A program made the position numbers and the translations under genes. From an uncultured Actinomycetes bacterium (GTDB lineage: Bacteria; Actinomycetota; Thermoleophilia; UBA2241): DNA of 64,000 bases. Of this stretch, positions 42,964-52,935 are shown piece after piece (the stretch's first letter is position 1; each line of letters starts with the position of its first letter). The notes below the pieces were generated by a model. The model searched no databases and was not told the DNA's origin. It worked only from the letters and a program-made list of their open reading frames with translations. The stretch is from assembly GCA_963709345.1 (NCBI GenBank), contig CAVPVX010000010.1, positions 1 to 64,000 on the forward strand, written 5' to 3'.

Positions 42964-44279
42964 GCGTCACCTGCGATCTGCTGGTGCGCGGCGCCTCCGA
43001 GGTCGTCACGATGCGCGCGCCGGACGGCGGCGCCCTGCCGCTCTCAGGGCCTGCGACGGCCGCCGACCTCGGTGTGATCGCCGGCGCCGCCGTCGCCGCT
43101 CGTGATGGCCGCATCGTGTGGGTCGGCGCCGAGACCGACGTCGCCGCCGCGCTCGACGTCCCCGACGACGCTCTCGTGGTCGACGTCGAGGGCGCCGCCG
43201 TGCTGCCCGGTCTCGTCGACGCGCACACGCACGTGGTGTGGGCCGGCGAGCGGGCCGCGGAGTACGGGATGCGTCTCGCCGGCGCCACGTATCTGGAGGT
43301 CCAGGAGGCCGGCGGCGGGATCAACAGCACGGTCAGGGCGACGCGGGCGGCCTCCCGTGAGGAGCTTGCCGCCCTGGCGGTCAGGCGACTCGACTCGTTC
43401 CTGCGGCACGGCACCACCACGCTCGAGATGAAGACCGGCTACGGTCTCACGCTCGAGGACGAGCGCAAGCAGCTCGCCGCCGGCAAGGTCGCCCACCCCG
43501 CGAACCGCGTGCACACGGTGCTGGCCGCTCACCTCACGCCCGAGGAGTACTCGGGTCGCGACGACGAGTACATCGACCTCGTCTGCGCCGAGATCCTGCC
43601 GGCGCTCGCCGGCCAGGCGGAGTTCGCCGACGTGTTCTGCGACGAGGGCGCCTTCACCGTCGCGCAGTCGCGGCGCGTGCTCGAGGCGGGCCGCGCCGCC
43701 GGCTTCCGGCTCAAGATCCACGCGGAGGAGCTCGTCCACACGGGTGGCACGGCGCTGGCGGCGGAGCTCGGCGCCGTCTCGGCCGACCACCTCATCCATA
43801 TCACCGGCGAGGACATCGCGGCGCTCCGCGCCTCGGGCACCGTCGCCGTCCTGCTCCCGGGCACGAGCTACACGCTGCACACCACGTATGCTCCGGCGCG
43901 AGCGCTGCTGGAGGCCGGCGTCATCATCGCTCTGGCCACCGACTTCAACCCGGGCAGCTGCTACTGCGAGAATCTCCAGCTGATGATCTCGCTCGCCTGC
44001 CAGGAGCAGCGGCTGACTCCCGCCGAGGCTCTCCGCGCCGCCACGCTCGGCGGCGCGGCGGCGCTCGGCTTGCAGAGCGAGGTCGGCAGTGTCGAGGTCG
44101 GCAAGCGCTGCGACCTGCTGGTGCTCGACGCCGCGTCGCACGAAGAGCTCCCCTACCACCACGGCGTCAATCTCGTGACCGGCGTCGTCGCCGGCGGCGA
44201 GCTGGTCGTGCAGGACCGAGCGCTCCGCGTCCCTTCGAGCGCGCCCCCCGCCACCACCGCAGACGGAGGCCGGCTGTGA
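42960..44279 (+). CDS. hutI: Imidazolonepropionase
   Basis: DAHTH, GGGINSTV, EMKTGYGL, DVFCD, IHAEE, SADHL, ATDFNPG. Confidence 0.95.
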   Translation: MSVTCDLLVRGASEVVTMRAPDGGALPLSGPATAADLGVIAGAAVAARDGRIVWVGAETDVAAALDVPDDALVVDVEGAAVLPGLVDAHTHVVWAGERAAEYGMRLAGATYLEVQEAGGGINSTVRATRAASREELAALAVRRLDSFLRHGTTTLEMKTGYGLTLEDERKQLAAGKVAHPANRVHTVLAAHLTPEEYSGRDDEYIDLVCAEILPALAGQAEFADVFCDEGAFTVAQSRRVLEAGRAAGFRLKIHAEELVHTGGTALAAELGAVSADHLIHITGEDIAALRASGTVAVLLPGTSYTLHTTYAPARALLEAGVIIALATDFNPGSCYCENLQLMISLACQEQRLTPAEALRAATLGGAAALGLQSEVGSVEVGKRCDLLVLDAASHEELPYHHGVNLVTGVVAGGELVVQDRALRVPSSAPPATTADGGRL

Positions 44280-45178
44280 CCCTCATCGAGTGCATCCCCA
44301 ACTTCAGCGAAGGTCGGCGGCCGGAGGTCATCGACGCGATCGCCGAGACCGTGAGGAGCATCGAGGGCGTGCAGCTGCTCGACGTGCAGAGCGACGCCAC
44401 GCACAACCGTTCCGTGGTCACGTTCGTCGGTCATGAAGGGCCCATCGCCGAGGCCGCCTTCCGTGCGATCGGGAAGGCCGCCGAGCTCATCGACCTCAAC
44501 GGGCACGAGGGCGCGCACCCGCGCTTCGGCGCGACCGACGTCGTCCCGTTCGTGCCGCTCCGCTCCGACGCCATGCCGGTGTGCGTGGAGGTGGCGAACG
44601 GGCTCGCCCGGAGAGTCGCCGCCGAGCTCGACCTGCCCGCGTATCTCTACGAGGCCGCGGCCCGCGTCCCCGAGCACAAGAACCTTGCGGTGATCCGCGG
44701 CAAGGGCTTCGAGGAGCTCCGCGAAGTGATCGCCACGGACGCCTCACGGCGGCCCGACGAGGGCGCGCCGCGCATCCACCCCACCGCCGGCGCGGTCGCC
44801 GTCGGCGCCCGGTTCCCGCTGATCGCCTACAACGTCAACCTCGAGTCGGACGACCTTGAGCTGGCACAGCGCATCGCCCGGGAGATCCGCGAGCGTGACG
44901 GCGGGATGCCCTGCGTCAAGGCGATCGGGTTGAAGCTGGACGACGGGGCGGTACAGGTCTCGATGAATCTGACGGATTACCGCGTGACCTCGATGGCCGA
45001 CGTGGTCGCCGCGATCGCCGCGCGCGCCGAGGACGCCGGGGTGGCGATTCGCGAGAGCGAAGTCGTCGGGCTGCTCCCCGAGGACGCGCTCGTGCAGCTG
45101 GCGCGGTCGCTGCTGTTTGCGAAGGACCTCAGCCGCGAGCAGGTGCTGGAGGCGTGTGTGCTGGACACGCTGCTGTGA
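44276..45178 (+). CDS. ftcD: Glutamate formiminotransferase (stand-alone FT domain)
   Basis: IECIPNFSEGR, HNRSV, HPRFGATDVVPFVP, GARFPLIAYNV, QVSMNL. Confidence 0.92.
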   Translation: MTLIECIPNFSEGRRPEVIDAIAETVRSIEGVQLLDVQSDATHNRSVVTFVGHEGPIAEAAFRAIGKAAELIDLNGHEGAHPRFGATDVVPFVPLRSDAMPVCVEVANGLARRVAAELDLPAYLYEAAARVPEHKNLAVIRGKGFEELREVIATDASRRPDEGAPRIHPTAGAVAVGARFPLIAYNVNLESDDLELAQRIAREIRERDGGMPCVKAIGLKLDDGAVQVSMNLTDYRVTSMADVVAAIAARAEDAGVAIRESEVVGLLPEDALVQLARSLLFAKDLSREQVLEACVLDTLL

Positions 45179-45200
45179 CGAGCAAAGGGAGAGAGCGGCG

Positions 45201-46337
45201 ATGACGAGCGTAGGGAACGTCCGCATCCTGGCGGTGAGGACGACGCCGCTGCTCCTCACCTTCAAGGAGCCGTACCATTGGGCCGGCCGCGTGGATCACG
45301 GTTCCCCCGTCGTCCTCGTGGAGGTCGAGACCGACGCCGGCATCACGGGGGTCGGCGAGTCCGTCTCGTCGCTCGCCGCCGAGGGCACCGTCGCGGCGAT
45401 CCGCTGCGTCGAGCCGCTCTTCGTCGGCCAGCCGATCCACGACGTGGCGCGGCTGGTGCACGAGGCGCGCTACCTCGGCGCGTTCAACCACATGCCGTGG
45501 TACGCGGACTTCGTGCTCGCGGGCTTCGAGATGGCCCTCTGGGACGCCATCGGGAAGGCCGCCGGCCAGCCGGTCTACCGGCTCCTCGGCGGCGCCGTCC
45601 GTGACGAGGTCGACTACTTCGGCTTCGTCCAGGGCGACACGACGGAGGAGCTCGTCGCCCACGCCCGCGAGCTTGCAGCGGCGGGCCACGGCGTCATCTA
45701 CCTCAAGGTCGGGCGCGGCGACGACGCCGACCTCGCGAACACGGCGGCGGTGCGCGAGGCGATCGGTCGCCGCCGTCTGCGCGTCGACCCCAACTGCGCC
45801 TGGAGCGTGCCCGACGCCATCCGCATGATCCACGCGCTCGAGCCCTTCGGCATGGACTGGGTCGAGCAGCCGACGACTCTCCTCAGCGTCACGGCGATGC
45901 GGCAGGTGCGCGAGGCGGTCCACGTACCCATCGCCGCCGACCAGGCGGTGCTCACGCCCGCCGACGTCTACGACTTCGTCCGCCAGCGGGCGTGCGACGC
46001 AATCTGCCTCTCGCCGCACGAGGCCGGTGGCCTCCTCGCCTTCAAGAAGGCCGCAGCCATCGCCGAGGCCGGCGGCGTGCCGATCTGCCTGCACGGCCAG
46101 AGCGTGTCCGGCATCACCGACGCCGCTCAGCACCACCTCGGGCTCAGCACGCCGAACCTGACCGACGGCAACCAGATCATGCACCAACTCCTCATCGAGG
46201 ACCTGGTCGCCGCGCCCGACCTCACGCCGCGACAAGGCAAGCTCGGTCTGCTCGACGCACCCGGACTCGGCGTCGAGCTGGACGGCGACGCGGTCGCCCG
46301 CGCCGCCGAGAGCTACAAGAAAGGAGGCGCCTCGTGA
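45201..46337 (+). CDS. Mandelate racemase / muconate lactonizing enzyme family (enolase superfamily)
   Basis: EMALWDAIGK, YLKVG, DPN, EQP, AADQ, PGLGVE. Confidence 0.88.
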   Translation: MTSVGNVRILAVRTTPLLLTFKEPYHWAGRVDHGSPVVLVEVETDAGITGVGESVSSLAAEGTVAAIRCVEPLFVGQPIHDVARLVHEARYLGAFNHMPWYADFVLAGFEMALWDAIGKAAGQPVYRLLGGAVRDEVDYFGFVQGDTTEELVAHARELAAAGHGVIYLKVGRGDDADLANTAAVREAIGRRRLRVDPNCAWSVPDAIRMIHALEPFGMDWVEQPTTLLSVTAMRQVREAVHVPIAADQAVLTPADVYDFVRQRACDAICLSPHEAGGLLAFKKAAAIAEAGGVPICLHGQSVSGITDAAQHHLGLSTPNLTDGNQIMHQLLIEDLVAAPDLTPRQGKLGLLDAPGLGVELDGDAVARAAESYKKGGAS

Positions 46338-47350
46338 AGGTCCTGATCGCCGACCAGAAGCTCGTGACCGAGATCTACCCGATGGAAGAGGCCATCCCGA
46401 CGATGCGCAGGGCTCTGACCATGCTCGCCGAAGGCGACGTGGTGATGCCGCTGCGCACCATGCTCGGGCTGCCGCGCGGCGACGCCGTCATGGGGCTCAT
46501 GCCGTCGTACCTCGGTGGCCTCGAGGCCGTCGGCGTCAAGGTGGTCGCCGCCTTCCCCGCCAACTTCGGCAGCGAGTACGACACCCATCAGGGCGTCGTA
46601 CTCTTCTTCGACACCGAGCGTGGGCTGTTGCGGGCCATCGTGGACGCGACGTCTATCACGGCGATCCGCACGGCCGCGGTGAGCGGCCTCGTCACCGACC
46701 TTCTGGCCGGCCCCGACGCCGGTGACGTCGCGATCATCGGCGCCGGCACGCAGGCGCACACGCACTTGCAGGCGATGATGGCCGTGCGCGCCGTGCGCCG
46801 GGTGCGTGTGTTCAGCGTGCCGGCCGAGAGCGCGGCGGAGTTCGCGGAGCGCGAGTCACGGCTCACCGGCCTGCCCGTCGTGGCGGTAGCGACCGCCGAG
46901 GAGGCGGTCACGGGGGCCGACCTCATCTGCACCACCACGACCGCCACCGAGCCGGTCGTTCGCGGCGAGTGGGTGAGACCGGGAGCGCACGTGAACGCCG
47001 TCGGCGCCTACACGCCCGTTACCCGCGAGCTGGACTCGGACCTGGTGGTCAAGTCCCGTCTGTACGCCGACAAGCGCGAGTCGCTGCTCAGCGAATCGGG
47101 CGAGTTCCTCATCCCCAAGGGCGAGGGGCTGATCGGGGACGACCACCTCGTCGGCGAGATCGGCGAGGTGCTCACCGGCAAGGCTCCGGCACGCACATCG
47201 CCCGACGAGATCACGCTCTTCAAGTCGCTCGGCATCGCCATCGAGGACCTCGCCTCCGCGCACCGCATCTACGAGATCTGCACAGAGCGCGACCTCGGCA
47301 CGTGGGTGGAGATCGGTGGCCTGCACTTCGGGAAGGCGGTGGAGGGTTGA
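46334..47350 (+). CDS. Ornithine cyclodeaminase / mu-crystallin family #1
   Basis: GVKVV, TAIRTAAVS, GAGTQA, HVNAVG, FKSLGIAIEDL. Confidence 0.9.
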   Translation: MKVLIADQKLVTEIYPMEEAIPTMRRALTMLAEGDVVMPLRTMLGLPRGDAVMGLMPSYLGGLEAVGVKVVAAFPANFGSEYDTHQGVVLFFDTERGLLRAIVDATSITAIRTAAVSGLVTDLLAGPDAGDVAIIGAGTQAHTHLQAMMAVRAVRRVRVFSVPAESAAEFAERESRLTGLPVVAVATAEEAVTGADLICTTTTATEPVVRGEWVRPGAHVNAVGAYTPVTRELDSDLVVKSRLYADKRESLLSESGEFLIPKGEGLIGDDHLVGEIGEVLTGKAPARTSPDEITLFKSLGIAIEDLASAHRIYEICTERDLGTWVEIGGLHFGKAVEG

Positions 47351-48990
47351 CCGCGCTCGTGCCCGCGTACCCCGAGTTCTTCAACGACGTCTTCGGCCCC
47401 GTCATGCAGCCGGGCTCGAGCTCGCACTTCGCCGGGCCGTGCCGGCTTGGCCTGCTGGCCGGACGGTTGCTCGGCGAGCCCCCCGCCCGGGTCCGGATCC
47501 TGCTCGACGAGAGAGGATCCTTCGCCGGCACGTTCGGGATCATGGCGGAGGACCGCGCCATGGTCGGCGGAGTCCTCGGCTTCGGGCCGGACGACGAGCG
47601 CCTGTTCCGCGCCTTCGAGCTCGCGGAGGAGGCCGGGGCCGAGGTCTCGTTCGCGTTCGGTGAGATCACGGAGAGCGGGCATCCGAACGCCGTCAAGTTC
47701 ACCCTCACCGGGCGCAGCGGCCGCGAGGCCGAGCTGGTCGGCAACTCCACCGGAGGCGGCATGGTGGAGACGATCACGGTCGATGGCTTCCCGTTCCGGA
47801 CGATCGGCGATTCGTACGTGCTGCTCGTCGCCGACGCCGAGAGCCGCATCGGCGACGAGCAGCTCGTCGCCCTGGAGTCGGAGCTGCCGGAGCCGCTCGA
47901 GAGCCACGAGGTGCGCGTCGACGGCCGTGGTGTGCTGCGCGCCTACATGCTGGCCGTCGAGCCCGACGTGGTCGCCCTCAACGGTCTGCTCACGGCCGGC
48001 CTGCCGGGCGTCTCCGTCTCCGTTCTCGCGCCGCTGCTGCCGGTCGTCTCCCAGCTCGACCGCAAGCCGCAGCTGTTCGACACCATGACCCGCTGGCGCG
48101 AGATCGCCGAGGAGCGTGGTGTACCCCTGTGGGAGCTCGCCGTCCAGTACGAGATGGACGCCTCCGGCTGGCCGCGCCTCTGGATCATCGACCGCATGCG
48201 CATGCTCACCGACCTGATGCGCCGGCAGACCCGGGCCGTGTACGAGGAGGGCCTCGACGTGCCCACCAGCCCGTTCAAGCCGGACTTCGCCGGCCGCTGG
48301 GCCGAGCACGCCGCGTCCGGCCGCGCCGTCACCGGAGGAGTCACGGCGCAGACCATCAAGTGGGCCTACGGCGCCGGCTCCGGCGTTCCCGGCGTCGTCG
48401 CGGTGCCGGGCCCCATGGGCGGGGGCGCCGGCTACATCTACGCGGCGATGAGCGCCGTGCAGGACGCCCGCGGCCTGAGCGACGACGATCTGCTGCACGG
48501 TCTCTTCGTCGCCGCGGGCATCGGCGCCATCTCCTACACGCGTTCGGCGCCGACCGGTGAGGTCACCGGCTGCGCCGGCGAGACCGGCACCTGCGGCGCC
48601 ATGGCCGCCGCGGCCATCGTCGAGATGGTCGGTGGCACGCCCGAGCAGATCGAGAACGCCGCTTCGCTGGCGCTGCAGACCTTCACCGGGATGCCGTGCG
48701 ACCCCATGCCGGGCGGCCTTTGCCAGCCCTGCCGCAGCCGTATCCTCGCCACGACCTGCATGGCGCACGTCTTCGCCGACCTCGCCATGGCCGGGCACGA
48801 GGCGGTGCTGCCGCTGCACGAGGCCATCGACGTACTCGACGGGATCGGCCGCGATCTGCCACCGGAGTTGCTCTGCACCTCCGCCGGCGGCGCCTGCGCG
48901 GCTCCGGCGGCACAGCGCTGCCGCGCCGACTTCCAGCACTGGTTCGCGGAGAGCAAGCCCGAGGACCGGCCGCCGGCGAGCCTGATCTGA
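47347..48990 (+). CDS. Fe-S L-serine dehydratase-like protein, fused beta+alpha, divergent
   Basis: GPVMQPGSSSH, HPNA, STGGG, GCAGETG, CDP...PC. Confidence 0.75.
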   Translation: MTALVPAYPEFFNDVFGPVMQPGSSSHFAGPCRLGLLAGRLLGEPPARVRILLDERGSFAGTFGIMAEDRAMVGGVLGFGPDDERLFRAFELAEEAGAEVSFAFGEITESGHPNAVKFTLTGRSGREAELVGNSTGGGMVETITVDGFPFRTIGDSYVLLVADAESRIGDEQLVALESELPEPLESHEVRVDGRGVLRAYMLAVEPDVVALNGLLTAGLPGVSVSVLAPLLPVVSQLDRKPQLFDTMTRWREIAEERGVPLWELAVQYEMDASGWPRLWIIDRMRMLTDLMRRQTRAVYEEGLDVPTSPFKPDFAGRWAEHAASGRAVTGGVTAQTIKWAYGAGSGVPGVVAVPGPMGGGAGYIYAAMSAVQDARGLSDDDLLHGLFVAAGIGAISYTRSAPTGEVTGCAGETGTCGAMAAAAIVEMVGGTPEQIENAASLALQTFTGMPCDPMPGGLCQPCRSRILATTCMAHVFADLAMAGHEAVLPLHEAIDVLDGIGRDLPPELLCTSAGGACAAPAAQRCRADFQHWFAESKPEDRPPASLI

Positions 48991-49108
48991 TCGGTGGGCG
49001 GCGTGACGGGCACGACGATCTGCCGGGTCCGGGTCGCAACGCGGGCCCGGGACTGCCACACTCCAAGGGAGCCTTGACAGGGCTCTCGATGACGGCCAAG
49101 GAGCAGTA

Positions 49109-51379
49109 GTGACACAGGACCTGCAGTACGTGGGCGGAAGCTACCCCGTCCACGACGTGGCCCAGAAGGTCACCGGCGAGCTCATCTACGGCAGCGATTT
49201 CCACGTGCCGGGCATGCTCTATGCCAAGCTTGTGCTCAGCCCGATCGCGCACGGCTTCGTCAAGCGCATCGACGCGTCGCGCGCCGAGGCGCTGCCTGGG
49301 GTAGTCAAGGTCTTCTCGCATCTCAACGCGCCCATGGACACGTACTCCCGGGCGCGCATCCACCCCGGGGAGGATGAGCTCGCTCCGTGGGACGAGACGC
49401 TGTTCAGCGAGCACGTGCGCTTCGTCGGTGACCGCGTGGCCGCGGTCGTGGCCACGAGTCAGGCCATCGCCACTGCCGCCGCGGCCGTCGTCGACGTCGA
49501 GTACGACGAGCTGCCGGCGCTGCTCACGCCCGAGCAGGCGCTGGCGCGCGACGACGTCCCGATCCACCCCATCGGCAACGTGGCGTACGAGCACCTGACC
49601 GAGGTCGGGGAGCGCTCGGACCTGACCGGAGCCGTCGTCGTTTCCACGGTGGCGAGCACGCCGCGCGTCCACCACGCCGCGCTCGAGCCGCACGTGTGCA
49701 CCGCGCAGGGTCACAGCACCGGCGGCATGACCGTGTGGACGACCAGCCAGGGGGCGTTCGCCGCCCGCACAGTCATCGCCGAACTGCTCAAGCTCGAGTA
49801 CCACCGCGTTCGCGTCATCAAGCTGCCCATGGGCGGCTCCTTCGGCGGCAAGACCGAGTACATCCTCGAGCCCGTGACGGCCTTCCTGGCGCACGCCCTG
49901 CATCGCCCGGTCAAGCTTCTGTTCGACCGGGAAGAGACCATGATCGCGACGATGTGCCGTCCGGCCACGGCGACGACGATCCGCACCGCCTGCACAGCCG
50001 ACGGGGAGCTGCTGGACTTCGAGGCCGCGACGACGCTCGACTCCGGGGGGTACGCCGCGAGCACGCCGGATTACGGCATCCACATGACCAAGAAGGTAAC
50101 GAAGCTGTATCGGGTGCCTCACTACGAGCACCGCAGTCGGGCCGTGTACACGAACACACCGGTCGGCGGTGCGGCGCGAGGCTGGGGCGCTCCGGAGATG
50201 ATCGCCGCCTCGGAGATCCACATGGACCGGGTGGCGGCGGCGCTGCGCATGGACCCGGTCGAGTTCCGCCTCAAGAACATGGTTGAGCCCTTTGACACCG
50301 ACCCCGTCACGGGCCTGTCGCTCGGCGACGCGCGGGTCCGCGAGTGTCTGGAGCGAGGCGCTGTGGCCTTCGACTGGGCCACGCGTCGTGCCCGGCCATC
50401 CGGCAGGGGCCGGCTAAGGCGTGGCGTCGGCGTGGCCTGCGGAAGCCACAAGAACGGCATGTACGGCGCGTTCCCCGAGGCGAGCAACGCGTCGCTCAAG
50501 ATGAACGAGGACGGGACCTTCGAGCTCGAACGCCAGCCTGCACGACGTCGGCTGCGGCATCGTCACGACGATGAAGGTCATCGTGGCCGAGGTACTCGGC
50601 GTGCACCCTGACCTGATCGCCGCCTGCGAGGCCGACACGGCGACCACCCCCTTCGACTACGGCACGTACGGCAGCCGTGTGACCTACGTGGTCGGAGCCT
50701 GCGTCCGCGCGACGGCCGAGAAGGTCAAGACCAAGCTTCTCGCCGCGGCAGCCCACCTTCTGGAGGAGCCTGTCGAGCGGTTGTACGTCGGGGACGGCGC
50801 GGTGCACGTCCGTGACGACGGCGAGCGTGCCATCGCCTACCGCGACATCGCTCGCCTCAGCCACATGCGTGACGTGCCGGGGATCTCCGCGTCGCTCACG
50901 TACTACGCGGTCTCGAACCCCGGCGTCGTACTCGGTGCAGTTCGCCGAGGTCGAGGTCGATTGCGCCACCGGCCTGACGGCGGTGACGGATTTCCTCGCC
51001 GTCGGCGACGTGGGCCAGGCGATCAACCGGGGCATGGCCGAGGCGCAGTTCCAGGGCGCCGTGCAGATGGGCATCGGCTACGCGCTCTACGAGCACCTTG
51101 AAGTGGACGAGGCCGGCCGCGGAGGCGTGGACGGCTTCAAGAACTACCACATCGTCAACGCTCCGGACATGCCGGACGTCCAGGTGCTCCTCGTCGAGCA
51201 CGAGGGCGACGACGGGCCCTTCGGCGCCAAGAGCGTTGGAGAGATCGCCACGGTGCCGACTGCCCCCGCTGTCGTCAATGCGGTGAACAATGCGCTTGGG
51301 CACGACGCTCTCGGACCTGCCGCTCACTCCGGAGAAGATCGTCGCCGCTCTCCACGGCGCCAACGGGGAGGGGTCATGA
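49109..51379 (+). CDS. Xanthine dehydrogenase family Mo-binding subunit, frameshifts near 50530, 50925 and 51305
   Basis: KVTG, PGMLYAK, GGSFGGK, YTNTP..GAARGWG, YGSR, GPFGAKSVGE. Confidence 0.85.
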
Positions 51380-52032
51380 ATCTGACGCTCAGGGTCAACG
51401 GGATGACCCACGAAGTGGAAGCCCCGCCCACCGCGCGGCTGCTCGACGTCCTCAGAGACCAGCTTGGTCTCACTGGGACCAAGGAAGGCTGTGCCGAGGG
51501 CGAGTGCGGCGCCTGCACGGTGATCGTCGACGGCAAGGCCGTCAACTCCTGTGTCATGCTCGCCGTTCAGGCGCAGGGCAAGGAGGTGCTCACGGTCGAG
51601 GGGCTGGCCGCCGACGGGGAGCTTGACGATCTGCAGCAGAAGTTCGTCGAGAACGGCGCCGTGCAGTGCGGCTTCTGCACCCCGGGCATGCTGATGTCGG
51701 CCAAGGCGCTCCTCCTCGCCAACCCGCTGCCGTCCGAGCAGGACATCCGCATCGCGCTCGCCGGGAACCTGTGCCGTTGCACGGGCTACTCCGCGATCGT
51801 CGCCGCCGTGAAAGCAGCGAGTGGGCAGGAGTTGACGCCGGCGATGGCGCTGCCCGGAGATGCGGAAGATCTTGCCACTGTGGTGACGACGGACCCGGAG
51901 ACGCTGGCTGCTGCGTGCGAGGTGGTGCAGGCGAAAGGCGCCCCCCTTCTGGGCGCTCCGTGCGACGACATACCTCGCGCCTCCGCGGCCGTCGCCCCTG
52001 ACGAAGCCGGCGCTTCAGAAGGGGGTGAGTGA
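51376..52032 (+). CDS. Xanthine dehydrogenase family 2Fe-2S subunit
   Basis: KEGCAEGECGAC, QCGFCTPG, GNLCRCTGY. Confidence 0.92.
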   Translation: MNLTLRVNGMTHEVEAPPTARLLDVLRDQLGLTGTKEGCAEGECGACTVIVDGKAVNSCVMLAVQAQGKEVLTVEGLAADGELDDLQQKFVENGAVQCGFCTPGMLMSAKALLLANPLPSEQDIRIALAGNLCRCTGYSAIVAAVKAASGQELTPAMALPGDAEDLATVVTTDPETLAAACEVVQAKGAPLLGAPCDDIPRASAAVAPDEAGASEGGE

Positions 52033-52922
52033 CGTGACCGCGACCCAGGTGGTGACCCCGGTCGGCGTCGAAGAGCTGGTCGCGGCGCTCGCCGAGGCCG
52101 GCCCCCAGACCCGGCTTCTCGCCGGCGGCACCGACCTCGTGCGCGACATCCGCCGGCCCGGCGCCGCACCGGACCTGATCATCGACCTGGCCCGGCTGAC
52201 GGCGCTCTCGTACGTGCGTCTCGAGGGCGACGACGCTCCGCGTCGGCGCGCTGACCACGTTCACCGAGCTTCAGCTCCACCCGCTCGTGCGCGAGCACGC
52301 CCCGTGCCTCGGTCTTGCCGCCGCGCAGGTCGGCTCGGTGCAGATCCGCAACGTCGGCACGGTCGGCGGCAACATCGCCAACGCCTCGCCGTGCGCGGAC
52401 GGCGCGACGGCGCTGACCGCGCTCGGCGCCATGGTCGCCACCGTCGACGGCGCCGGCGACGTCAGGACCAGGCCGATCGGCGAGGTCCTCCTCGGTCCGA
52501 GCCGGACGAGCCTCGCCCGCGACGAGGCGATCACGGAGTTCTCGTTCCCCGCGCTGGGGACGGAGCACCGTTCGGCGTTCGCCAAGATCGGCTCGCGCAC
52601 TGCAGTGAGCGTCGCGCGGCTCAGCGCCGCCCTCGTGGTCCGTTTCGACGCGGCTGCCGGTACGCTTGCGGACGTGCGTGTGGCGCTCGGTGCGGTGGGC
52701 GGAGCGGCCTTCCGCGCCTCGGCCCTGGAGGGCGCGCTCGAGGGCCGGCCGGCGGACGAAGAGGCCGCCCGGCTGTTCGCCCTGGGGTGTGTGGATGCCG
52801 TGCAGAAGTCGATCCCAGGGCGCTATTCGCTTCCGTACAAGCAGTACGCCGCGGTGGGGCTGGCGTACGACGCCTGGAACGCGCTCGCCCTCTGCTCGCC
52901 GTGTGAACCGGCGTGGGACTGA
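52025..52922 (+). CDS. Xanthine dehydrogenase family FAD-binding subunit, frameshift near 52235
   Basis: AGGTDL, QIRNVGTVGGNIANASP.AD. Confidence 0.88.
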
Positions 52923-52935
52923 GTGCCGGGGGCTG

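Noticed and set aside
48991-49108. Cobalamin or Moco riboswitch, or shared-operator promoter, before the XDH genes
   Set aside because: No recognisable riboswitch core; GGGAC is 20 bp rather than 15 bp from TTGACA, which sits inside a small hairpin.
50812-52032. Fusion of the Mo-subunit C-terminus with the 2Fe-2S subunit
   Set aside because: An indel near 51305 joins the frames; the proper stop/start overlap is at 51376-51379.
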